Origin: a virus
Direction: 5' to 3' (one strand)
DNA: 64,000 nt
Virus record (IMG/VR): IMGVR_UViG_3300036859_000232
Coordinates: 3,408-67,407 of that record
Under the pieces are notes generated by a model. It was not told the origin of the DNA. It did no database searches and saw nothing but the letters and a program-made list of their open reading frames with translations. Of the stretch, positions 17,147-25,842 are shown piece by piece. The translations under genes and the position numbers were made by a program. Position 1 is the stretch's first letter. Every line of letters starts with the position of its first letter.

Positions 17147-17648
17147 GCCGCTCGTCGGTCACCATCGTCCGGTAAAAGGGCTGACGAACGACTGGCTCAC
17201 TCCACCGTCGATCATCGAAGCGCTCGGACCGTTCGACTTGGACCCCTGCGCGAGCGTCGATCAACCGTGGGAGACAGCTCGCACGCAATGGACACACGGT
17301 GGGTTAGAAGTTCCGTGGACTGGATTCACGTGGATGAATCCTCCGTTCGGACGCGATATTCCCGCGTGGCTGAAACGCATGACCGAACACGACAACGGGA
17401 TCGCCCTTTGCGCGGTGAGGACTGAGACGACGTGGTTCCGCGATTACGTGTGGAACGAGGCTGACGCGATCCTGTTCCTCCATCGTCGTCCACACTTCCA
17501 CTATCCGGTGACAGGAGTACGCGCTAAGTCGAACAGCGGCGTTCCGATCTGTCTCGCAGGATACGGACTACTCGCGATGGAGCGATTGAAGAACAGCAGG
17601 ATCAACGGAACCTACGTCAGTCAGTGGGAGCCGATTCATCCTCAATAA
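17136..17648 (+). CDS. Phage N6-adenine DNA methyltransferase
   Basis: DWLTP, FDLDPCA, WMNPPF and RTETTWF motifs. Confidence 0.88.
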   Translation: MSSKPLVGHHRPVKGLTNDWLTPPSIIEALGPFDLDPCASVDQPWETARTQWTHGGLEVPWTGFTWMNPPFGRDIPAWLKRMTEHDNGIALCAVRTETTWFRDYVWNEADAILFLHRRPHFHYPVTGVRAKSNSGVPICLAGYGLLAMERLKNSRINGTYVSQWEPIHPQ

Positions 17649-18321
17649 CGACGCCTTCAACCTCCAACACCTGCGTCGTCTCGATCGCCATCGCTTCCGT
17701 CAGTCCTCGCAATGTCTTGTTCTGCAAGATCCGCTTGACCATCGCGCCCTTCACCTGCAACTGACCTGACGGTGGAGTCACATCCCCCGTTGACGACAAC
17801 GCCTCTCTCTCCGCTCGCTGATGTGCGGGAAGGTCGCTGCCGAACAGCTTCGCCAGTCGCATGAGTCCAACGTCGTCAAGGTCCGCAATGACCGCCAGCG
17901 TCCCGCCCTGTTCGCGGATCCGCTTCCGCAGCTCAGTCACAGGCTGCATCAGTACCTCTTGGATCTCTGCGGCCTGATCCGCGTGCTTCGTCGCCGCCGC
18001 CACTCTCCGCCGTTTGTGTACGGCAACTTCCTTCGCGGTCATGAAGTTGTCGTATGCCTCGGCGCGTTCCTTCCACCGATGCTTACGACTCCACTGAGCG
18101 CACTGGTTCGTCGCTGGCTTGAGTCCGTACTTCTCCGCGTATCGACGACCGGCCTCCGCAATGGTGCGCTGTCCGTGGTCGAGGTTGAGGTAAATCGTGA
18201 ATGCCTCGTATGCCTTACCGGATTCCTCCGGCTGACGTAGCCACGGATCACCCTTGTACTCGCGGTCGGCGTTCTTCGCGTAGTTCGGCATGGAGATGGG
18301 GGAACGCGCGAGTTCGGACAT
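17617..18321 (-). CDS. terS: Terminase small subunit
   Basis: W.RQPEESGKAYEAF..Y...W...H.WKERAEAYD pattern typical of this TerS family. Leaderless TACCGT before ATG. Confidence 0.7.
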   Translation of the reverse strand: MSELARSPISMPNYAKNADREYKGDPWLRQPEESGKAYEAFTIYLNLDHGQRTIAEAGRRYAEKYGLKPATNQCAQWSRKHRWKERAEAYDNFMTAKEVAVHKRRRVAAATKHADQAAEIQEVLMQPVTELRKRIREQGGTLAVIADLDDVGLMRLAKLFGSDLPAHQRAEREALSSTGDVTPPSGQLQVKGAMVKRILQNKTLRGLTEAMAIETTQVLEVEGVVIEDESAPTD

Positions 18322-18375
18322 GCCACGAACGGTACTCCGAGTTGTTGTGGTCGTCACGGTAGCCCAAAGGAGTGA

Positions 18376-18404
18376 TGGACAATTGTGGAATGATGTGGTA
18401 TACT
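18376..18404 (+). promoter_or_regulatory. Sigma70-type promoter
   Basis: TGGACA-17-TATACT with TG extension. Confidence 0.6.
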
Positions 18405-18460
18405 AGTTCAGCGGTGAGCTACGGGTCACTGACAACTGAATAGAGAGGGGGTGAACACGA

Positions 18461-18753
18461 ATGGGTGAGATCATCTCAGCAGTCGAGGGAACCACGTACT
18501 CGATGCGCTACGCCGATCGCGTGGACGAGCACGTCGTCGGACCGAAGTGCACCGAGAACAAACTCGTTACGAGTTGCAGGCACTCGACGGCACGGTTCTC
18601 GCGAAGACAAGCAACGAGAACTACGTCGGACGTGCGATCAACGCGCAGCGACGCAAGGGCAACAACGCTGCACTGGTGGTCGTGCAGTACCACAACGGGA
18701 AGGTGCGTGACCGGATGGACATCCCGGAAGGGATGACGGTTACGCTTCGATAG
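18461..18753 (+). pseudogene. Gene apparently split by a -1 frameshift near 18560
   Basis: Coding-like codon usage switches from the frame of 18461 to the frame of 18547 near GAGAACAAACTCG. Confidence 0.4.
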
Positions 18754-18760
18754 TCGAGCG

Positions 18761-18796
18761 GAGGGTCGGGTAGGTCGGGATGACTACCCGACCCTC
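18761..18796 (+). terminator. Hairpin/terminator, followed by promoter TTGCGT-17-TACATT
   Basis: GAGGGTCGGGTAG...CTACCCGACCCTC inverted repeat. Confidence 0.6.
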
Positions 18797-18857
18797 TTGC
18801 GTCTCGTGAGTGTCTATGCTACATTTGTGGAAGTCAACCGACGAGAGAGGAAACGGG

Positions 18858-19214
18858 ATGAGCGAGTTCAGGCGCGAACGCATCAACTTCCGAATCGAGG
18901 TCCACGGCGAGATGGACATCGAGTACGAGGTTGGCGTCGAAACTCCGAAGCAAGCCTTCTGCCGAACGTACGACACGTCGTACACGAGCACCATCCAGGA
19001 CATCGTCAAGAACGCTCACGACTTCTATTTCACCATCGAACCTACCGACATAGGCGATGACGACACCTGCCCCGACTGTGAGGGCACCGGCATGGTCATG
19101 CACGGACCGAACGAGGTCACGTGCGGCACGTGCGAGGGAGCCAAGACGTACGGCGGTCACACGGAAGTTGACCGAGCAGTCGAGATCGCGACCGGGGAAG
19201 GACCGCCGTTCTGA
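18858..19214 (+). CDS. Hypothetical protein with DnaJ-like CxxCxGxG repeats
   Basis: CPDCEGTG...CGTCEG. Leader CCGACGAGAGAGG. Confidence 0.65.
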   Translation: MSEFRRERINFRIEVHGEMDIEYEVGVETPKQAFCRTYDTSYTSTIQDIVKNAHDFYFTIEPTDIGDDDTCPDCEGTGMVMHGPNEVTCGTCEGAKTYGGHTEVDRAVEIATGEGPPF

Positions 19215-19432
19215 TGCCACTCCAACCATTGCTCCGCGTGTACGTCTGCAACGACTTCACTGGTTACTGGCCGGTCGGTACAGCCGCGGTGATCGTTGCG
19301 AACGGAGAGGTCGCTGCACTGAACTTGCTTCACGGTGAACTAGAGAAGCGTGGATTACCTGTCAGCGGAACGGTTCATGAAATTGAGACATACGACCCGT
19401 CAGTCACCATCCTCTGCGACGGCAACTACTGA
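19214..19432 (+). CDS. Hypothetical protein
   Basis: F.GYWPVGTAAV...DGNY. TGATG coupled. Confidence 0.65.
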   Translation: MPLQPLLRVYVCNDFTGYWPVGTAAVIVANGEVAALNLLHGELEKRGLPVSGTVHEIETYDPSVTILCDGNY

Positions 19433-19701
19433 TGAGCGAACTACCGATCCTCATCCCCGACCACACATCTGACTCCGACGTCCGTGACGCCGTCGTCACA
19501 TGGAAGCGGTTCGCCAAGGCGCAGAAGCTCGCCGACATCCTCGACGGGGAAGGGATTACGGTCGAAGACTCCAAGCTCCTCGACACCGAGATGTGGCTGA
19601 TGGTCCTGGCGCTGGCACAGGTGAAGAGAGCGAGCGTCGTGACGAGGTTACTGGCACTGGAGTTGTTGAGGGATCGAGAGGAGAGGAAACACCGTGGGTA
19701 G
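19432..19701 (+). CDS. Hypothetical protein
   Basis: Coupled ORF. Confidence 0.6.
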   Translation: MSELPILIPDHTSDSDVRDAVVTWKRFAKAQKLADILDGEGITVEDSKLLDTEMWLMVLALAQVKRASVVTRLLALELLRDREERKHRG

Positions 19702-19915
19702 GGAACTCATCAAGCTTCCGGGAAGAGGCGATTACGTCAGCGGACATGAGGCACTGTTGCGCGCGGCCGAGATGGCCGAACGTTCTGACTCGTTGCTCGG
19801 ATTGCCCCAGAACATACAGACACCTGATGACGTCCTCATGGGCAGCGCACTTGCTGGACTCGCGAACGCATACGCCGTCATCGCATTGACGGTAGTAACG
19901 GGAGAGCGCCAGTGA
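19694..19915 (+). CDS. Hypothetical protein
   Basis: GAGAGG RBS, GTG start. Confidence 0.55.
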   Translation: MGRELIKLPGRGDYVSGHEALLRAAEMAERSDSLLGLPQNIQTPDDVLMGSALAGLANAYAVIALTVVTGERQ

Positions 19916-20541
19916 AAACCTATCCGTTCCTGTCCTCGACCGCCATCGCCATCGTCGGCGAACGCGGATCCGGCAAGACCGCACTCGCCTGTCATCTGCT
20001 CGACCAAGTCCCGAACCGCCCCATCTACGTCTACCAGCATCAGGACCCGGACCTCATCGCGTCCCGCGGCTGGACGCAGATGTACCGCCTTGAGCAGATG
20101 TACGACATCGACAATGCCGTCGTCTGGATGGACGAGCCACAGATCTCCATCCCAAAGCTCGACAAGCGCGCGAACGAAGGACTCCAACGCCTGCTTTCCA
20201 TCGCGAGGCATCGAGACATCACGCTCATCATGTCAACGTGCGACACACGCTGGATCACGCGCGCGTTGGAGGCGTTCATCGACTGCTGGCTCATCAAGGA
20301 CGTCGAGCCTCGGCTCGTCAAACAAGGCGCACTGATGAAAAAGATCATCCAGCGTCATGTGATCGTCGATCCGGATGAGTTCCGCCTCCCGCCCCATCAA
20401 TACCTGTTCTACGGACGGCACTTCGACTCGTTGGACGGTCTGCACGAGTTTCGGTTGCCGGAATATTTCGATGAGCGATGGAGCAAGCCATATCGCGCGA
20501 AAACTGCGCCCGAAAGTGCGACGTTGTGGGAGGCATCATGA
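19912..20541 (+). CDS. P-loop ATPase (Zot N-terminal-like)
   Basis: GERGSGKT Walker A, VVWMDE Walker B, ARHRD. Confidence 0.8.
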   Translation: MKTYPFLSSTAIAIVGERGSGKTALACHLLDQVPNRPIYVYQHQDPDLIASRGWTQMYRLEQMYDIDNAVVWMDEPQISIPKLDKRANEGLQRLLSIARHRDITLIMSTCDTRWITRALEAFIDCWLIKDVEPRLVKQGALMKKIIQRHVIVDPDEFRLPPHQYLFYGRHFDSLDGLHEFRLPEYFDERWSKPYRAKTAPESATLWEAS

Positions 20542-20798
20542 CAGACGATCCACTCGAACCGTTCCGCGAGGACGTCGACCAGATGGTCGAGCGCGGCATC
20601 CGTCAGGCCGAGTACGCCAATCTCCTCGCAACCGTCGATTGGGTGCGCGTTAACGCCGTCATCCAGGAACGACTCGACGCGATGTGTGACGTGTTGCACG
20701 ACGAGTTCGGGATCCGCGAGCCAGGTGAGCAGACCATCCTCAAGAACTACTTACGCGTGAAGAGTAAGCGTGTGTTCAACAGGAAGGGAGGATTGTAG
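20538..20798 (+). CDS. Hypothetical protein
   Basis: GGGAGG RBS, ATGA coupled. Confidence 0.6.
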   Translation: MTDDPLEPFREDVDQMVERGIRQAEYANLLATVDWVRVNAVIQERLDAMCDVLHDEFGIREPGEQTILKNYLRVKSKRVFNRKGGL

Positions 20799-21817
20799 TG
20801 AGTCCGCAGATTGCGTACGAGGATTGGAAGCCTCAGGGTGAAACTCTCCGTCTTGTCGCTCATGCGCAGGAGATCTGCGAGGAGTACGCCACTGCCGGGT
20901 ACGACCTGACCCTCCGGCAGCTCTACTACCAGTTCGTTGCGCGCGACATCATTCGCAACAATCAGAAGGAATACAACCGACTCGGCACGATCATCAACAA
21001 GGCTCGACTATCGGGGCTCCTCGATTGGGATTACATCGTCGACCGTACGCGCAATCTTATGGCCCTTCCGCACTGGACCAAGCCGTCGTCGATCATTGAC
21101 AGCGCAGCGCGTGGGTACCGGCTCGACAAGTGGAGCACACAACTGTGTCGCGTCGAAGTATGGGTCGAGAAGGAAGCGCTTGCCGGAGTGGTGAGCCGTG
21201 TTGCCGATCGGAACGACTGCGCGTGGTTCTCCTGTCGTGGGTATGTGTCTCAGTCCGAGATGTGGGGAGCCGCACAACGGTTCAGCCGGTATCTTGCAAG
21301 CGGACAGAACGTCATCATCCTTCATCTCGGCGATCACGATCCGTCCGGCATCGATATGACACGCGACATCGAAGAACGGCTGAACAACTTCGTCACCATC
21401 GACAAGGTCAACGACGGCTACGAGAGATGGTCGTCTCTCGAAGAAACGGATGACTCGCAAGACTTCGATGCGTTCAAGGACTGGATGCGCGGCAAAGACC
21501 TCGGTCGTGTCGAGATCCGTCGCATCGCTCTCAATCGAGACCAGATCGACGAATACAACCCTCCGCCCAACCCGGCCAAGATGACCGACTCTCGGTTCCA
21601 GTCCTACGCCGACGAGCACGGTGAAGAATCGTGGGAGCTGGATGCACTGCCGCCCGACGTACTCGACGCGCTGATCGAAGAACACATCCGAGACCTCATG
21701 GATGAAGAAAAATTTCGGGACGTTGAAGACGACGAAGAGGAACAACGACGCATCTTGACGGCTGTGTCTGAGCGATGGGAAGACGTCGCCGAATACCTGA
21801 ACGGAGGAACGCCATGA
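20798..21817 (+). CDS. TOPRIM-domain protein (topoisomerase VI A / Spo11-like)
   Basis: TLRQLYYQ, EVWVEKEAL, GDHDPSG and WELDAL motifs. Confidence 0.8.
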   Translation: MSPQIAYEDWKPQGETLRLVAHAQEICEEYATAGYDLTLRQLYYQFVARDIIRNNQKEYNRLGTIINKARLSGLLDWDYIVDRTRNLMALPHWTKPSSIIDSAARGYRLDKWSTQLCRVEVWVEKEALAGVVSRVADRNDCAWFSCRGYVSQSEMWGAAQRFSRYLASGQNVIILHLGDHDPSGIDMTRDIEERLNNFVTIDKVNDGYERWSSLEETDDSQDFDAFKDWMRGKDLGRVEIRRIALNRDQIDEYNPPPNPAKMTDSRFQSYADEHGEESWELDALPPDVLDALIEEHIRDLMDEEKFRDVEDDEEEQRRILTAVSERWEDVAEYLNGGTP

Positions 21818-22218
21818 AGTGGATTCGACGGTTCCGCACAACCGGACTCTCCGGAGCATCGATCATAGCCGCAGGTATGGGTGTCGGCTCCATACACAAG
21901 TACCTCGAAGACGGACTCGCTACTGCCGTCATCCTTGAAGCGCTCCGTGATCTCAAGGCGCGCGCCGACAAAGCCGCTCAAGAGAACGACGAGTGGTTCA
22001 CGCCATGGGAGTACACGTCACATCCTGGTGGCGGCGTGTTCGGTAAACGCGGATTCCTTCGTGCGCTCGACGAACAGATCGACATCCACGAGAAGCGGCA
22101 GAGCGACATTTGGTCTGGGTTCATATGGGCGCGGGTGATGATCCGACGTCATCAGGAGGAAGTCGCGGAACTCATCATCAAGCATCACGACAAACAACGA
22201 CAGGGAGTAATAACTTGA
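21814..22218 (+). CDS. Hypothetical protein
   Basis: GGAGG RBS, ATGA coupled. Confidence 0.55.
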   Translation: MKWIRRFRTTGLSGASIIAAGMGVGSIHKYLEDGLATAVILEALRDLKARADKAAQENDEWFTPWEYTSHPGGGVFGKRGFLRALDEQIDIHEKRQSDIWSGFIWARVMIRRHQEEVAELIIKHHDKQRQGVIT

Positions 22219-22246
22219 GCCAACTTGCGAAGATCGAGGCGCTGCT

Positions 22247-22573
22247 GTGGACGAGCTAGAGGAATTGAAGGCCCGAGCGTCAGAACGTTCTCGAAGTTGT
22301 GATGAGGACGGGGATTTCGTTCTCTACAGCGCTTGGCAAGAGGCTGAAGCCGACCTCGACCGTGCCATCGCCATCGCCGCGGCGTACTGGACGGCATGGG
22401 AATCAGACGTAAACGTCGGTAAGGAACTGCTGGCCGAGACAGAGAATGAACTAAACGAGGCCCGAGCCGCTGTGCTGACGGGACGTGACGCTATAGGCGA
22501 CTACACCGAGGATTTCGACGTGAAAGTCGTGTGGTGGATGGACGACACCAAGTCCTACGAGCAGTACCGATGA
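22247..22573 (+). CDS. Hypothetical coiled-coil protein
   Basis: ORF in operon. Confidence 0.55.
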   Translation: MDELEELKARASERSRSCDEDGDFVLYSAWQEAEADLDRAIAIAAAYWTAWESDVNVGKELLAETENELNEARAAVLTGRDAIGDYTEDFDVKVVWWMDDTKSYEQYR

Positions 22574-22713
22574 CCATCCGTGCAGCATTCGACGGCAAGT
22601 GTCCGGTCTGCGAGAACCCCATCTACAAAGGTGATGACATCGATCGGCTTGGACCCGAAGACGGAAGTGCATGGGCGCACGCTGAATGCGTGGAAGAAAT
22701 GATGGTCGAATGA
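22570..22713 (+). CDS. Small Zn-binding protein
   Basis: A.FDGKCPVC...I.KGD...AHAEC. Confidence 0.6.
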   Translation: MTIRAAFDGKCPVCENPIYKGDDIDRLGPEDGSAWAHAECVEEMMVE

Positions 22714-23009
22714 TCCATCTCGACGATCTTCTCTTCTATCGTCTCCCCAATGACGCGATCGCCATCTGTCCGCTCTGCTGGAAGCAACCAGTGTGCGTCA
22801 TCGGAGAGATCGATCGTGCCGAATGGAACTCGTTGTCCTCGTACGGCCCCGACCGTCTCGACACCTACGTTCTGTCCTGTTGTGGTTACGAAGCAGAGTG
22901 TGTCGAGTACCTCTTCATCGGCAAAGAGTCGGTCGTTTACTTCTTCCGTCCGTACCTCATCCGACCAAACGATAGTGTCGACAATCGCGCGCGCGAGGAC
23001 GTCGAATGA
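22710..23009 (+). CDS. Hypothetical Cys-containing protein
   Basis: CPLC...SCCG. Coupled. Confidence 0.5.
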   Translation: MIHLDDLLFYRLPNDAIAICPLCWKQPVCVIGEIDRAEWNSLSSYGPDRLDTYVLSCCGYEAECVEYLFIGKESVVYFFRPYLIRPNDSVDNRAREDVE

Positions 23010-23185
23010 CCGACAAGCCACCATCCGCGTGGAAAACGTTCGTCTCTACTCGACCGAAGGTGATTCCGAAGAAGGTCAACGTGAAGTGTCCGTCGTGTCG
23101 AAGCTGGCTCGTCTACGAAACGAAGAGGAACCGATTCAAGTGTCACGACTGCGGTTGCACGTGGACGGTTGCCTACAAGGACTAG
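23006..23185 (+). CDS. 59-aa zinc-ribbon protein
   Basis: MTDKPP...KCPSC...FKCHDCG. ATGA coupled. Confidence 0.6.
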   Translation: MTDKPPSAWKTFVSTRPKVIPKKVNVKCPSCRSWLVYETKRNRFKCHDCGCTWTVAYKD

Positions 23186-23239
23186 ACCGCCCACTAAACC
23201 ATCGCTACCATCCCGTCAAGGAACTCACAGGGAGGTCGT

Positions 23240-23542
23240 ATGGCCCGCAACGGGATCGAATGTGACGAGCATGGCAAGTTCGAGTTCAAGGACGCGAAGT
23301 GGGAAATCGAGGAACCGAGTGAGTACCGGATCGGCGACCTCACGGTTCTACGTCCGGGCACTTGGACGTGGTTCTGTCCGGTATGTGGAAAGTTCATCAG
23401 TCGGGAGTTGTATCGACCTCCGTCAGATGTTCCAACGAGAGCCCCTGTGGAGCCCGTAGAGCATTTAGGGGGTCCTGGGATACCAGGCCAGGGGGTTGCG
23501 GGGCAGGAAGAAGCGGTCCTGGCTGAGTACGGTGGCTTGTAA
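23240..23542 (+). CDS. Zinc-ribbon protein
   Basis: GGGAGG RBS. CDEHG...CPVCG. Confidence 0.6.
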   Translation: MARNGIECDEHGKFEFKDAKWEIEEPSEYRIGDLTVLRPGTWTWFCPVCGKFISRELYRPPSDVPTRAPVEPVEHLGGPGIPGQGVAGQEEAVLAEYGGL

Positions 23543-23563
23543 TCGACACAGGGAGGTACGGGA

Positions 23564-23689
23564 ACGGGGAAACGGGGACGAGCACAGCAGCGAGCGCGTG
23601 GTGAGCGGAAAGAACCCAATGAGTCGGTGAAGGCGTTTCGAGCCCGCAAAGGGATCGCGACGCCGAAGCGCAAGCCGAGGAAGAAGTGA
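23564..23689 (+). CDS. Small basic protein, possible ACG start
   Basis: GGGAGG-7nt-ACG. (M)GKRGRAQQRARG...KPRKK. TGATG coupled to the next gene. Confidence 0.35.
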   Translation, partial: TGKRGRAQQRARGERKEPNESVKAFRARKGIATPKRKPRKK

Positions 23690-23835
23690 TGGCGGCTTGG
23701 TGGGATGTGGGCGGAAAGTGGGACGACGAGTCCTACGACCGGGAGCAGGAGGCTGACGACGATCTCGGGTTCTACGGATTCGTGTTACTGCTGGCGGTGC
23801 TGACGATGGTTGTGTCGTTCCTCGCGGTGACGTGA
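23689..23835 (+). CDS. Small membrane protein
   Basis: MAAWWDV...FYGFVLLLAVLTMVVSFLAVT. Confidence 0.5.
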   Translation: MAAWWDVGGKWDDESYDREQEADDDLGFYGFVLLLAVLTMVVSFLAVT

Positions 23836-24125
23836 TGGCCGATTACTGCGAGGGGTGCGAGAACCTTGCGGACATCATCGAGCGGTTGGAAGACGCATTT
23901 GATGACGGAGTCGGTCCACCGGACGAACTCGCTGACGCCTGGTTCACGCAGCACGTTGTGAGCCTCAACTACCCACGGGTGAAACGGGATCTGGAGCCGA
24001 TGTCGGGACAGATGCGACTCGGAGAGATGACCCAACAGGCGCTCCGGGAAACCGTCGCTGAAGACCTGGGCCTCACCGTGGACGAGCTGGATGATCTCCT
24101 CGACCGCATTGCTTTCGAGAAGTGA
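23832..24125 (+). CDS. Hypothetical protein
   Basis: Coupled ORF. Confidence 0.55.
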   Translation: MMADYCEGCENLADIIERLEDAFDDGVGPPDELADAWFTQHVVSLNYPRVKRDLEPMSGQMRLGEMTQQALRETVAEDLGLTVDELDDLLDRIAFEK

Positions 24126-24328
24126 TCGACTTCCGCTGCCCCCAATGTGACAACCGCGTTCGGCTCGACCTCCGAGGGATAGACGAGCACCCCGAGATCG
24201 TCGCGTTCATCGAGGCTTGGTGCTGCACGCGCCACCCTCGACCCGTCCGGATGGTTACCGAAGACGTCGAGCCCAAGTCGCTGTGCGCGGTCCATCACTC
24301 GACGGCCTGTGGGTGCTCTCGGCAATGA
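24122..24328 (+). CDS. Cys-rich small protein
   Basis: CPQC...CC...C..H...CGC. Confidence 0.5.
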   Translation: MIDFRCPQCDNRVRLDLRGIDEHPEIVAFIEAWCCTRHPRPVRMVTEDVEPKSLCAVHHSTACGCSRQ

Positions 24329-24564
24329 TGCGTGAACCGACCCTTCGCCAGTCCCGCGTCCTTGATCTCGGTCGCAAGGGCGTCTCCGTCCAGGTCATCG
24401 CCCGCCGCCTCAACTACAACGGCCCCCAGGCCGTTCGGGACATCCTGTCCCGCTGGGGAGTAGAACCGGTCGAAGAGGTCCGGTTCACGCGGTCGGCCAA
24501 GCCGGACCGGATCAAGCCGAGAGGCGGGTCCGGAGGGGCTCGGAAGGGTCGCGCGCGGTCTTAG
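24325..24564 (+). CDS. HTH protein
   Basis: GVSVQVIARRLNY..PQAVRDIL. Confidence 0.55.
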   Translation: MMREPTLRQSRVLDLGRKGVSVQVIARRLNYNGPQAVRDILSRWGVEPVEEVRFTRSAKPDRIKPRGGSGGARKGRARS

Positions 24565-24618
24565 GTCTTAGGTCTTAATGTTCTACACTGTCCGGTCTAT
24601 TGCCGCAATAGACCGGAC
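24557..24618. repeat. 3x GGTCTTA tandem repeat and perfect 14-bp inverted repeat
   Basis: GGTCTTA x3 at 24557-24577. GTCCGGTCTATTGC-C-GCAATAGACCGGAC at 24590-24618. Confidence 0.85.
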
Positions 24619-24741
24619 CACCCGTCAATCTACCGACATATAGGTACCCCCCACCCGTATACCGTATACACCTGACACGAACAGTAGTTCGCAGGTTGCC
24701 TGATGACTAAACTCCCTGGTCAGACCCCGGTTAAAGAAGAC

Positions 24742-24770
24742 TTGACTGGTATTGCCGCAACGGATATGGT
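24742..24770 (+). promoter_or_regulatory. Promoter with TATTGCCGCAA operator in the spacer
   Basis: TTGACT-17-TATGGT. The spacer contains the same core as the 24590 palindrome. Confidence 0.65.
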
Positions 24771-24780
24771 CACGTTCTCC

Positions 24781-25011
24781 ATGAGTGAAATGCGGATCAA
24801 CGGACGCCACTTACGAGCCCTTCGAGAGCTACGAAAATGGTCTCTAACCGACCTTTCAAGGGTCGCTGGAGTCACTGTTTCGACCCTTTCGAGGGCAGAA
24901 AGGGGCGAAAGAGACCTCGCTGAGGCCACAATCGAGCGCATCGCGGAGACGTTTGGGGTCCCTTTGGTCGTTCTCGTCAATGCGGATCGGGACGAGAGCG
25001 TCAGTGCCTAG
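24781..25011 (+). CDS. XRE-family HTH transcriptional regulator
   Basis: LRALRELRKWSLTDLSRVAGVTVSTLSRAERGE...IAETFGV. Confidence 0.85.
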   Translation: MSEMRINGRHLRALRELRKWSLTDLSRVAGVTVSTLSRAERGERDLAEATIERIAETFGVPLVVLVNADRDESVSA

Positions 25012-25582
25012 AGGCCGCGATCACTTCCATCAACCGGACCCACCAGAGCCCGGTACAGGGTGGGGCGATGGACTCGATGAAGGCGGCTACTCACGCGACA
25101 AGTTCTACTGCGGAGGCACCGACGCAAAGGGACACGCAGGCAAGGCTCGCGACCTCAAGGTGCAACCGTGGCTCCTCGACCTCATGTGGCGAGCCGCCGA
25201 GGAGATCCCAGCGTACAAGGGCCAGCTCGGCAACCTCGCTCGCAACGCGTTCACGCATCAGGTCAAGTACGACATTGAGCGCATCGCTGATCCGAAGAAA
25301 CGCGAAGCCCTCATGCGCGAGTTTCGGCTGCACGTCGACATGGAAGAACAGGCGCGGCAGATGCAGCGGTACTCGGAGATGCAGCGGTACGTGTCGTCGT
25401 GTGGAGTGGCGCTGCCGGTCTACGCGAACTCGGGCAACTGGATGATGGTGACGCGCGAGATAGAGAAGATGCGGAAGAACCTCGATGAGGGTGTCATCTG
25501 GGAACCGTGCGCGACAGAGGTACTACAACTCATCGACGAATACGAGAAGAAGTTACGCACCGCCAACAAGACGAAGAAGTAG
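25004..25582 (+). CDS. Hypothetical protein
   Basis: GTG start overlapping the HTH gene. FY..TDAKGH motif. Confidence 0.65.
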   Translation: MPRGRDHFHQPDPPEPGTGWGDGLDEGGYSRDKFYCGGTDAKGHAGKARDLKVQPWLLDLMWRAAEEIPAYKGQLGNLARNAFTHQVKYDIERIADPKKREALMREFRLHVDMEEQARQMQRYSEMQRYVSSCGVALPVYANSGNWMMVTREIEKMRKNLDEGVIWEPCATEVLQLIDEYEKKLRTANKTKK

Positions 25583-25599
25583 CGGGAGGAACATACGGG

Positions 25600-25842
25600 A
25601 TGACGCCAATGACGTATGACGAGGCTGTCACGGTTGTAGCGAAGTACCTCGATCAAGTCACCGACCCAGTGCTGACTTCGCACGATGAAGCTGCCCACGA
25701 GCTACTCGATGGGCTAGGCTACCGCGGACTCGTCGCTGAGCTTGAGTGGTTCCACCGCCTACTCTCGAAGTTCGAGCCCGAGACGGCGAAGTGGCTCAAG
25801 CCTGGGTGCGCATTGCTCGGTTATCGATTTGGCGCTGTGTGA
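25600..25842 (+). CDS. Hypothetical protein
   Basis: GGGAGG RBS. Confidence 0.55.
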   Translation: MTPMTYDEAVTVVAKYLDQVTDPVLTSHDEAAHELLDGLGYRGLVAELEWFHRLLSKFEPETAKWLKPGCALLGYRFGAV

